This document shows positions 34,281-46,900 of a stretch of 64,000 bases of DNA, piece by piece. Each line of letters starts with the position of its first letter. Positions within the stretch are counted from its first letter, which is position 1. Source of the stretch: Podarcis filfolensis (lineage: Eukaryota); NCBI GenBank assembly GCA_964270895.1, contig OZ185436.1. One strand, 5' to 3'. Under the pieces are notes generated by a model. It saw only the letters and a program-made list of their open reading frames with translations. It had not been told where the DNA came from and did no database searches. The position numbers and the translations under genes are program-made.

Positions 34281-37200
34281 ATAAAGGGCCTACCGATCCT
34301 GTAGTTTCAACTCTTTTTTTAAGGTGTGATGCTTTTAAGATCGCTTGTTCCACCGCCTTCTAATACGAAGCACAGCTGCCTAAGAGTGTTAACAACCGGA
34401 AAGCATTGCAGTACTACTATCTGGCGAAGTGAATAAGGCTGCAAAATACAGGCACAGCTGAAAACTAAAACATGCGGGGGACCGAAATACACTCGAGCAT
34501 TGATCTGGCCAAAGGTCTGAAAAAACACAAATTTATTTAAAGTATTGTGCGAGGGGTTGGAGATATGCAACACCTGGGGCAGGATGTTCTAACGTCTGAG
34601 TGCTGCAGCCAAAGGTCCTGCCACCTGTTCCCACCAACTGTGCTTCAGATGAGGGCCACACATGGGCAAGAGTCTCAGCACTTGACTTAGTAACTGACTG
34701 TATTTTAGGAGAGGAACTGGCCCTTTAGGTATCCTGGTTGCACACAGTATAATGGTAATGGTAGTTGTATCTGGGAAATGACTGACACCTAGTGATACAC
34801 AGGAAGAGGTAATATGATTCCCACATCTTCCCCACTCAGAAATCAAAGCACTGCATTTTGTACCAGCCGACGTTTTCAGACTGTTGTTCAAAGGCAGCCC
34901 CACAAACTCTAATTGCCCAGCCTGAATGTAGCTAAACCATTTGTGGTTGTAGCCAGGTCTACCTTATCCACAAACAGTGCTGTGATTACACCAGCCAAAA
35001 CCAAGCAACCCCACTGTTGGCCACCACCACATCTTAGAATCAGAAGCAATACTCCTAAAATTAAAATTTTGCTTTTCTAAAGAATGTGAGACAATTCCTG
35101 CAGACTTTGCAGGAATTAGGGATTTGTGACCATTGAGTTTCTCCAGAGGCTTTGCTTCTTAACTCCTGACAGCAGTGAACGTTCATTTACATTGAAAGAG
35201 TACATTTCCCCCTTTAGCAGCCAACATACAGTACACACAGTTTTTGCTATCTCTACACATAAAGAGCTGTTGATTTCATAATGTCAAGAAGCATTTTGCT
35301 CCTTTGTTATGACATTGCCTTAGAAAACTCTGGGCAGGCTGCCTAAAACGTGTTGGAGTCACACTCCTTCTGAAGGAGCAGGTACCTAACTTGAGGGTGT
35401 TTCTAGATCCATTACTATCATTTGAGGCTCAAGTGGCCTTGATGGCTTTGAGCAATGGCTCAGCTGCATCACCTTTTGGACAGGAACAACCTAACTTCTG
35501 GTGTCTAAGCTCTGATGATGTAAGTTGGACTACTGCAATGTGTTATACAGGCAACTCCCCACGTTGGCGGAACATGTGTACTGTAAGCCCACCCCGTTCA
35601 GCCCCCTTTCAGGGCCACAGTGTGCATGTCGGCGATCACACACCAATCAAACACATGCAAAATTGTTGTTGTCTGTACATTGAAGATAGTTCTGCAACTG
35701 GTGCAGAATTTAGAGGCCAGATTGTTGACTGGGACAGAACTGTCTGAACATATAACTGATTTTGGCATGACTGCACTGGCTATCAGTTTCTGGACTCAAT
35801 TCAGAGTGCTGGTTTTGACCTTTAAAGCCATATGTAGTTGAGGACCACAGTACCTCAAGAACCACTGCTCCCCTGAAGCCTGCAGTCATCATATGAGACC
35901 CTTAGTTGTGTGCCCCCCTCCACAGGATATTTGGAGGGTGTAGTATGCTCTTCCCTGAGATGCACACCTGGCACCATTTTTATCTTATTTTTAGGCTCCA
36001 GGCAAATACTTTTCTCTTTACCTTGCCTCTGGTTCCTTAATTTGAAAGGTGGCATTGTGGCCTCTTTTAGTGGGGTGGGATCAGTAACTCCTCATCTGTT
36101 GTATCTGTTTAGCTGTATTTGTAGATTGTTGTTGGATGTTCTTAATTGTTTTTAATGTAAGTTGCTAAGGGTCGCTCTTTGAGAAAAGCAACTCACTGAT
36201 ATAACCAATATATAAATTGAATAACCTCTGTGCAGTTGGGAAAACGTTTCTGATTTCCACATGCTAGAACCTAGTGTTTAGGAAATTTCCAGAGAAATGT
36301 ACCAATATCTTCCTCAAATATCGGCACTACACGTGGGCAATCTGTCATCTGCAGACATTCTTTCACTGGCCCCCGTGTTTATAGAAGCTGTTTAAAGATG
36401 GCACAAAAAAGTGTTCCTTGATCTCCCCCCCCCCCCCCCGAAGTCAAATAGTGGCTCACATAGTAGATACGTTTCTTTAACGATATATTGAAAAGGTGTT
36501 ATTTCCTGCTCACTTACAGAGCAATCCATTACATATCTACTCTGCAGTAAGTCTCACTAAGTTCACTGGTGTGAGAGAGCAAACCTAGCCAGACAGATAC
36601 ACCAGCATAGTTAAGCTGCAGCCTATCAGTTCTAGGCTGGAGGTGGGGCAAGGTTGGAGGACAGTGTAAACATTCATTTTCTGCCTTTCCATTGGCTCCT
36701 GTGTGATGAATTTTAGTGGCACCTATATTTTGGTGGCATGCTGTGGAGGTGGAACCAGTGAATGAAAGGATTTAATATGCAGTGTAAATGTGTTGATCCC
36801 TCTCCTTGTCCCTGACATACACTCTTTTTGCCCGTTATGCCAACATAACTTCCGCTGGCTTATTTTATGCCAAGATGAGTCATTTGCTCAGTTTAAGTCC
36901 AGGATAGGGTAATATTCCACATCCTAATTTCTCTCAGATGGTGCGTTTAGGAGTTAGAATTGCATTGCTGTCTACTGAGGAACATAGGAAGCTGCCTTAT
37001 ACTGAGTCAGACCATTGCCTACACTGACTTGCAGTGACTGTCCCTGATTTCAAAACTGAATTCAGCCTCACCTAGAAGGGCTGGGGATTGAACATGGAAC
37101 CTCTATGCAAAGAAGATGTTCTGCCCCTGAGCTACGTTACTGTAGGATTGCAGCCTCAGGTGCTTCCATACATGGTTTAAATGAGAAGAACTGAGATCAA

Positions 37201-37912
37201 GTTGCTAGTTTCTTTACTTTTTATGACACCAGAACCCCAAAATACAGCATCTTGTGTTTGGATGTAGACAATTCCAGCAACTGGTATTCAGTAGCATCGC
37301 TGCCTCTGACTTTGGAGGCAGAGCATAAGTCATCAACAGCTCTTGACTGAAATTCTTCAACAGTGTATTGTATATAGGTTTTTACTTAATTTACTTGCTA
37401 GCCATAGGAAACCAGGAATTGATGCAGGTAGGTGAAAAGTTGTTGGAGAAAGGACAGATTGTGCTATTCCTCTTCTGACAGCCCTCTAAAAGGGCTTGAA
37501 GAAATGAGTCAGTACTCATCCATACTGTAAAGCTTACCTAGATGGTTTGTGCTTAGGATATTTTAAATGCAGCCAAAATTAGCACAGGTTGGTTTAAAAA
37601 GAGAGAGAGAAAGAAAGAAAGAGAATTGGAACTGGAACAAGAGCAAATTACTTAATTCTCTTACAGCTTTGTGTCTGTCTAAATTTGATGTGTAAGGAAA
37701 GTAACTTAAGTTTCTTCTTCTCAATCAGGTTTGTAAATATTACCTTTGTGGGTTTTGTCCAGCTGAATTATTCACAAATACCCGTTCTGACTTAGGTAAG
37801 TGCCTTTGGTTTTTTCCCTTATATTATAGCAAATGTCAAGGTCATGGATCGAAGCTGCTGTGAATAAATGTTTTCTTTGTTTACCTCCTATATGTATGGA
37901 TGGAGACAGACA

Positions 37913-37947
<35 letters not shown>

Positions 37948-40900
37948 TCACAAAATAATCTCATTAAGATGACTAAAAATCTTAGATTTGCATAAGTTCA
38001 GAGCCATTAATGTGAATTTTCCAGAAAATTTTGCTTTAGAAAGTTTTCCAAAAGAAATTCATATGCTGTTTAGGGTAATTTGCCTTGGAACATTTTCTGG
38101 TGCTCTAGAGAGTGATGTAATTGGTATCTTTATTTTATTTGAAATTAGTAAATAGAGCAAAAGAAAACTGCAAAGCTTACCTAATGTTCTCTACATTCAT
38201 TGCAGTTGGGATCTGTTCATTGTTTCTAATGAGCTTATAAAACAGAAAATTTTCAAAAGAAAAATGAAGCACTGGGGAGGAGGGGAACATTTTCAGTTAC
38301 TAGAAAATGTTCTGCCTCACATTCCTATTCATAGCAGATTGGGTTACATTCTAGGGCCCCCATGTGCATAAGCGAAAATCGTGTAAGTGGGGAGCCCCCT
38401 CTAAAAAGCCTATAAAAACTTGTTTTTTCCTGCTCTCCAGTTCTAGCCACACAACTCTCTTCAACTAGAGTCAAAGCTCGGGGGCTAGCTGAAGGATGCA
38501 TGGAAAAGCAGTAGCAGCTCCTTAAGAGCTCTGAGGACTCTAGCTCTCCTGCCATTTCCCAGTTTGAATCTACAGTATCTGTCTATTTTCTGGTGGCACC
38601 TGTATACACAGCTGTGTGTGAGTCAATTGTGCTTAAGTGGACGGACGCCTGTATATGGCTTCTGTCAAAGAATCAAAATGCAAACTTCCAGGTTCTTGCA
38701 AAAACCCTTTAGCAATAGTTTCCCAATCTTTCCATCATTTATGGCCTTACTCCATAGCTAACTATATACTGTCAGCTTTAGTGCTGTCATGCTCTAGTTC
38801 ACATTTCAGATCCAACGGCAGTGTTCCTAAGACTTCCACTAGCGTTCTGATTTTTAATGTGGATCATACCAAAATTGTACCAGGACAATATCACAGATAT
38901 TCATGGGTGTGTATTTTAAAGATGTGCCACCAACAAGGTTTGGAATTGTTGTAGCATTCTAAATTGATAGGTAAGATCTCTTCAGTACATTCTTTTTCTG
39001 GAACTCTTTGCCTCGACAGTCGTGGGCTTCTGTATTCCAGAGGTTCATAACCACTCTTTATTAGCTCAGTAAATGTTGCAGGGGTGTGATGCGCTTGTTC
39101 TTCTGCTGTCACTGATTCCATTCAAACTTTGAAAAAACAAATATGTAGCCAAGTACACTTGAATCTTCATAGAAATATATTGCTTCACTTTCCTTAGGCT
39201 TGCAAATCTGTACCCTACCTCACCCCATTTTGTCTCTGAGCAAATGACGCTTGATTTTAAACCTTAGCCCTGCTCTGGTGTGTCGGTGGAATATTGATCA
39301 GGTTACAGTCATTCTGGTACTATGCCAGCCTAATGGCAATATGCTAGAAAGTCATTTAGAACTGTTAGTACTGTTGTGGAAAGGCACCCCAGTTTTAATC
39401 TTTACATTAGTTTGGTTAAAAACTGTTGAACTTTATCCAGGTCTTTGTTGGCATAGTGTTATCAGAAAGTCATTTGGATGTATCATCATTATTGCTTTTA
39501 TTTCTAGGTCCTTGTGAGAAAATTCATGATGAAAACCTCAGAAAACAGTGAGTGTGTTAGTAGTTATAATTAATAAGAAGCTAATAAATATAATTAAGCA
39601 ATAACGCAAGCATTTAAATGAGGTTTTAAAAAATCCTCAGTTAAAATTTCACGAGGTGGATAGCGTATAGTCTTTCGTTGTTAGGTAATATGGAGATGAC
39701 CTTTATCTGAAGTTTAATGTAATCATTTCTTTTTTAACATTGTCAGGTATGAGAAGAGTTCTCGATTCATGAAAGTAGGCTATGAAAGAGACTTCCTTCG
39801 GTATTTACAGAGCTTGCTTGCAGAGGTGGAACGCCGAATTCGAAGAGGTCATGCACGTTTAGCATTGTCTCAGACTCAACAGGCTTCAGGTGTAAGTACA
39901 AAAGCAGAGGGCACGTTAAACATATATGGTCTTTTGGGTGATATCCTTTTGCAGAACTGTTTACAGAACATATTTTCCTCTCTCCCTTGCACTTCTGTAA
40001 TGTGCCCCAAATCTACTCTAGTGTGGGAGCCTGCAGAGGGGAGGGGAAGAGGAGCAGTCTCATTGCACATGCGGATGCCCATTTATGTGATGTTGGATAC
40101 CACCCTTTGTATTTTCTTATAAGTGTTCTTTAAAGTAGAATAGATATACATACTTGACCAGGAGTTTGAATTACCGGTCTTAACTGTGTTTCTCAATGTA
40201 TATACGGTTCACTTACTGCTTTATAAGTTCCTTAAAACTGAACAAACACAAGAATAGCAGGATACAACATAAGCCACACTTGGATGAAACAAATATATGT
40301 GCAGTTTGAAGCTAACTTTTGAACTCGTCAGAATCGAGTTTCTAAATATGTACTGTTGCTCTGGTGGTTAAGAGATAACTGAGTGGTAGGTGGAAGCCAC
40401 AGTGTGGAGGGTGAAAGCTTAGCTTTCAGAATTTCCAGAAAGGGACCCTGCAAGTGCAGAACCCATATTTGGGACTGCACAGAGACCATGTACAACAGAG
40501 GTGGACAACCTCCAGTCCATGGATGAGACTTAGCCTTTCAGGCCTTCCCCATTGGCCTTGCAGACTTTTGGGGCAAGCCATGTCTACCTGCCCTACATCT
40601 GATGTCATCCTATTAACTGTGGGGCTTGCCCATAGCTGCCTTGTGCACCTCCCCAAATCTCTGACAACCAGCTGGTTTTCAGGAGCCTTCAAAGCACTGC
40701 ACAATGCTAAGTAGGATCACACTCTTCACATCAGCTGCTGCAAAGGGGGAGCAATCCTTCTGAGTTCAGACTCAATAGGAATCTCTGGTGCACCCATTTC
40801 CAACACTAAGTGGGATTCCCCTTACTGCTGGCCCTGCCCTTTTAACCTTTTCGGAGCAAACTTTAATGGCAGGGAGGGGCTTCAGAGAGCAGTTTGGCAA

Positions 40901-43900
40901 ACCATTATCTGAAGCAGTTTCATCCCTCTTAACGTTGCTCTAGCAAGGGATTTTGACAGGTAGACAGGGTCACTCACCTGTCATATTTGGCCTGTAAGAC
41001 CACTCTTGATAAGGATCTGGCCCATGGAGCCCAAAAGGTTCTCCACTTCTGATGTAGATGAACTTATTGTGGAATTTTTTCTTCTTACAACTTACTCTTC
41101 GATATCAGTTGTGCTGTGGACATGACAAAGCAGAACAGTGTTTTGTTGCACTTGTAACTTTTAGGTGTCTGTTGTCACTTTTATTTTAATACTTAGCAAG
41201 CAGCAGGACCTACTGGTAAAAATGAAGAGAAGATTCAAGTATTAACTGACAAGATTGATGTACTTCTACAACAGGTAATTGTCTTGAATCATACAGAAAT
41301 GTTTATAAAGTTGGATCAAGACATTATACTAACTTTGTTCTCTCTCTATTAGATTGAAGAACTAGGTTCTGAAGGAAAGGTGGAAGAGGCTCAAGGCATG
41401 ATGAAACTTGTTGAACAGTTAAAAGAGGAAAGAGAGTTGCTAAGATCTACAACTTCGGTAAGTAAGAGTCCTGTTTTTCTCTAAGTCTGGAAGCCCCAAC
41501 AGAATACAGTCAAATAAACTTGACCTCACAAAAGCCTTATTTTTCCAGCTTGTATTCTTCCAACTTGTTGAATAAATAGTTTCTTTGATTGCCACCAAAA
41601 TATTTTCATACTTTATTAGTCATTGAGCTTTAACCATGTGTATATGAGATTATAGTGGATGCTTGGGTTGCGAACGTGATCTGTGCAGGATGCATGTTCG
41701 CAACCCACAGTGCTGCGTCTGCGATTTGGTGCTTCTGTGCACGCGCAAAGCACCGAAACCTGGAAGTAAGCCGTTCCAGTACTTCCGGGTTTCGCCGCGT
41801 CCGTATCCCGAAAACATGCAACCTGAAGTGTCTGTAACCCAAGGTATGACTGTAATAGCCTGCATAAAGACAAATCAATTTATGGACCAGAAAAATTGGA
41901 GGATTGTTTCTAGTGGCATCGTTTCACTGGTGCAAAGCTCTTTGATCCAGCAGAGGCTTTCAGAAGTAGCAGAACAGGGAGGGGGGCAGTTTTCACTTCT
42001 TCCTCCTTCCCCCCCTTCAATTGTTCAAGAAGGTAGGGGTACTTTCAGGATACAACGCTCTATGTTTAGAATAAACATAATGTTTAGAATAAATAATGTT
42101 CCTAGAATGTGTCCCTCACTGGGTTAATATCCTCTCAGATACACAGGAATGCAGAAAACACTTTGAAAGAGGGAGATCTTGGCCACATCCCTGTTCTTGA
42201 CCTATTAAGGGATAGAGACCATCTTAGAACTTCAATAAGCCTTTGGAATTGAAATGAACCCAGTAGAATTTTAACACCATGGAAGATTATGACTTGTTTC
42301 TTATTATCAGATGGCAGCCTTGGGTTTAGAGGGGTTGTTAAATGCTATTTGGGTGCAGCTGGAATAATATGCTTGTCAGTTGCTTTGCAGATAGAATTGC
42401 ATGAAGCTCTGTTTTAAAGATGCACCTGCACTTGAATTATAATGCAGTTAGACCAATCTTGTGATCTGCTTTGGGCATGAAATTGTGTGTATTTTTATAG
42501 CAATTGGTTAGCTGCTTGCATGCCAAGGGGTAGGTTAAGAATTTGAAAAATAAGTTGTATTGTTGTTAGGTAAATAATAAATAAAGTGTTAATGTAACTA
42601 TCTGTTTTAACAAGTATCTTCTGTTTCCAGACAATTGAGAGCTTTGCAGCTCAGGAAAAGCAGATGGAAGTTTGTGAAGTCTGTGGAGCATTTTTAATCG
42701 TAGGAGATGCACAATCCAGGGTAGATGATCACTTGATGGGAAAACAGCATATGGGTTACGCAAAAATTAAAGCTACAGTGGAAGAACTAAAAGTATGTTC
42801 AATCTGCATGTATATGTAGATCTGCATGTGCTTGGCAATACTGTCAACATATAGCCTGTGTATGTGGTGATGCCACTATAAAAATGATTTTAGAATGTGC
42901 CATTATGAACTGAAATACTCAGAACCTTGTGATACCAAGTAGGTGAACTTCTCAGCTTATATTCTTGAATACTACCAACAGATAAAAGTATTGACTTATT
43001 TTTATTTTCATCCATGTTACACAAAGGTTAAAGTACATACTGACCTGATTCATACATATCCCTAAGCCAAACCATGGTTAGGCATGAGCAAGCAAGTATG
43101 CAGGTACTTACAGCAAAAATGGCAGTTGCTTCTGGTCTGCTCAGAACTACCAGGACTCATGGTTCATTTTCTTCCAGGCGAATCACAAACCTGGGTTCAT
43201 GAGTAAACTATGATTTATCACAGAATAAACATGCTTGCTCATGTTTAGTTCTGGTTTGGCTTCGTATTATGTGCAAAGTGGGCCAGTGTCAATTATTATT
43301 TATGGGGAATGGGAAAACCAAAAGTTAAACAATATATCAAAATAGCCACCAGCATAGGATGAGAAAGTAATAAGATAAAAATAACTGGATTGATATAGGT
43401 GTTTGCAGTTTCGGATCTGTTTACTGAGCTAAGACTGACAGAAGTTGGTGTTATTCCACGAGTTTCAGTAAAAAGCATTGACAGTCTTAGAACTGTCCCA
43501 TACAAAATGTTATATGTTCATGGCACTTCTATGCATAATTTAGGTACATATTATGATAAATGTATCCAGATTTTAACCAACAATTAACAAGTGGTGTCTG
43601 AAATGGTTTTACTTGGTTGCTGGCCTATTCTGTGGAGTTTTAAGCACTATACGTACACATAAATGTATACATATAATGCATCCAACTGTAGCTAGCTGAG
43701 ATTCTAATCTGCCAAATCAAGGTACATTTGAGGACAAGGTGTTCAGTACAATTTTGTTCTTGCATTGAACAGGGTTTTTCAAAAATGTTCTTTGTGTGCA
43801 GAGATACAGCCTATTGCTCTGTGGTGGATTGCCATCTGTCATGGATGCATTGTAGGGGGTTGGACTAGATGATCCTTGGGGTTCCTTTCAACTCTACAGT

Positions 43901-46900
43901 TCTATGATTCTATTTGTATATACGTTATCATTAATGTTACCAGATAATGGAGATGCTTTAAATTTTATCTGAAATAGACTGTTAAAGAGTGTTTCAAATT
44001 CATGTCATGGTAGTGAGTATTGCCCTTTCTTAAGAAGCATGAAATCTTCCAGTTGGTTTTGGGTTCGAGCCCCACATTGGGCAAAAGGTTCCTGCATTGC
44101 AGGGGAGTTGGACGAGATGATCTTCATGGTGCCTTAAAATTCAACAATTCTATGATTCCAGTAACCTTTCTGTAATACTTTCCTTATTAAGGAAAAATTA
44201 AGAAAGAGAACTGAAGAGCCTGAGCGTGATGATCGGTTAAAAAAAGAGAAACTAGAACGTGAAGAGCGAGAGAGGGAACGTGAAAGGGAAGAAAGGGAAA
44301 GAAAGCGACGGCGTGAAGAAGAAGAAAAAGAAAAAGAGAGGGCCCGTGATAGAGAGAGACGAAAGAGGAGTCGTTCACGAAGCAGACATTCAAGCAGAAC
44401 TTCTGACAGGAGGGGTAGTCGGTCAAGGGACCATAAAAGATCAAGAAGCAAGGACAGAAGACGAAGCAGGTACCTGTCTGGGAAGGGGCTAAGGACATTA
44501 GATTTCTTTGAAGTTAATTGAATAAATTGAAATGGTTGATGAGTCAAGAGAACATCTAAAGGTGTAGACTTTGTATTCCTGAGAAACTGTTTGAGGTTTT
44601 CAGTACTTAAAATTCCTCACAAGTACAGTGGTACCCCAGGTTAAGAACTTAATTTGTTCTGGAGGTCTGTTCTTAGCCTGAAGCACCACTTTAGCTAATG
44701 GGGCCTCCTGCTGCCGCTGCGCCGCCACTGCATGATTTCTGTTCTCATCCTGAAGCAAAGTTCTTAACCCGAGGTAATATTTCTGGGTTAGAAATATTTC
44801 TGGTATGTAACTCGAGGTACCACTGTATCTGAAAACTTGGCATAAATAGGGTTTAACCAGTTTTGAACAAACTTTGGCTTACATTTCTCAAGGCAGTTTT
44901 ACACTAAGCACTTTGCAGCAAAACTGTAGTTTATATCAAAGCTTCGTTTAACTATGAATGTGCCTCCCCCCAATTTTGCCGGTCCATATGTGGATGTGTC
45001 AAGTTTTTATGTCAAGTTTACTTGTGATAAATTTAGGGAAGTGCTTTAGGGATAGTCAACTAAATGACTGCATGAGCAGAATGACTTCTGCTTGTGCAAT
45101 GAGACACTGCCCCCCCACCTTGTCCGTTCCCCACACCATCCCCAAATCTGCTCCAGAGAGTTGAGGGAACCCCTGGAATATATCTAGGGACATGTGGGGG
45201 GGGGGAGAATGTCCCATTGTTCAAAAAGAAATCCTTTCATTGGTGGAATGTTTACATTAGCACCAGGTTGAATTCCACCCATTCTTCTTACATTTTTAGG
45301 AGTCGAGATCGACGCAGAAGCAGAAGCCATGATAGGTCAGACAGAAAACATAGATCACGTAGCAGGGACAAAAGGCGGTCAAAGAGTCGGGATCGGAAAT
45401 CTTACAAGCACAGAAGCAAAAGCAGAGAGCGAGAACAAGACAGGAAATCTAAGGAAAAAGGTCAGTTCATATGACTGGTGAAGAATAGTTTTTCTGCAGA
45501 GCTGTGCCATGATCTTCCAGTGATTGCTGCCCCCATAGATTCCTTCTGAACTCTTAAATACAAACTTTTAAATACTTGATGCACCTTTCCTTCTCCCTTC
45601 CAGTACTGTAGCATATTATATATAAAACTCTTAGATTCCAGGTAGATGAGTGTCTCTTGGCTGCATACTACCTCAGTTTTTCTACATCTGTGAACTTAAG
45701 TTCAGTTGAGTCTTCTGTTACTGTCTTTAGGTGTGTGTTACCAGGGGTGGGGAAGCAGTAGGCTTGCAGATCTACTTGTTTTTTGCTAGAACTCTTGAGA
45801 TCCACCAACCAAAGCCTGGTTCACGCTGTGCAATAAATAAAATGAGAATTTAAGCATTCTGAGACCAGCTATTTGTTTTGAGTACCAGAAATAAACAGAG
45901 CTAATTGCCCTGCCACACACACACAAAATTCAACAGTATATTCAGAACCATGTTTTTGGTGGTGGTTGTAAAACAACCAGGAGTCAGAAATCCTGATCTG
46001 TAAATAACCCAGACATTTACCAATCAATCCTGATCTGCCTTCTGCCCACCCCTCCATTTTGCAGACTCAACAATACTAACAGTAAATTGGTGTGATATTT
46101 AGATTGTTCCTGAAGACATGGTGCATAAAGATGGTATGTCACTACTGTTCCATGTTCTTACGTACAGTTACAGTTGCTTCCCTTTGGTGAACACTTTTTC
46201 TTCAGCCTCTGTGGCTTATTATTCAACCTCGTCTGCATTTCCAACACTTTAGGAATATGAGAGAGCCTAACTAAAGTCTGTTCTTGGCTTGTTATTTATT
46301 TTTCAGGTATTAAGTATATATTTTTTAAAATCAGTGCTAATGAGTGTAGTAGTTTTCCTTATTGTGGATACTGCACTGGCTGATTTCTTGCAGATACACT
46401 GTCCGTATTAGCATGTAATGGTAATCAAGTTTTAGTGCAACATGATGGACTTTAGCAAATTTTGGGCTCATATGCTCTCCTCCTACAAAGCTGAGATAAA
46501 GAATTCATAAGCTTCTGCTTTTAGTTAACCAGAGTTTGCCATGTTGTTTGAATATGAAATTGTGGTAAGGACTAACCTTGCTTGGTTTCAACAAGCCAGC
46601 TTCAGAAACCACAGTATATCACTCCAGGTGATACATCAGCCACAGTAAGCAAAAGCTTCTGAACTGTTCCTCTTGACCACACAGGAGAGGGGAGCACACA
46701 AGTCTGAAGCTCATTGTGAATCATTCCATTGTTTGTTACTTTGTCCACCCAGAAATAACATGAAAGCCCGATTTCTCAAATTAAGAATCCATGTTAGCTT
46801 CAATTCCCATTTTTAAATGACACGCACATACATAGCCATGTAATGGGATACTTGCAAAACCTCGAAGGTCAGAGGTACACCTCTTGTCTAAAAGATGTTG

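Noticed and set aside
44134-44547. 137-aa minus-strand ORF
   Set aside because: Antisense shadow of the RE/RS-rich LUC7L3 exon 8
41653-44825. MITE pair flanking LUC7L3 exons 7-8 as a circRNA driver
   Set aside because: Different families; complementarity is limited to short degenerate TIRs
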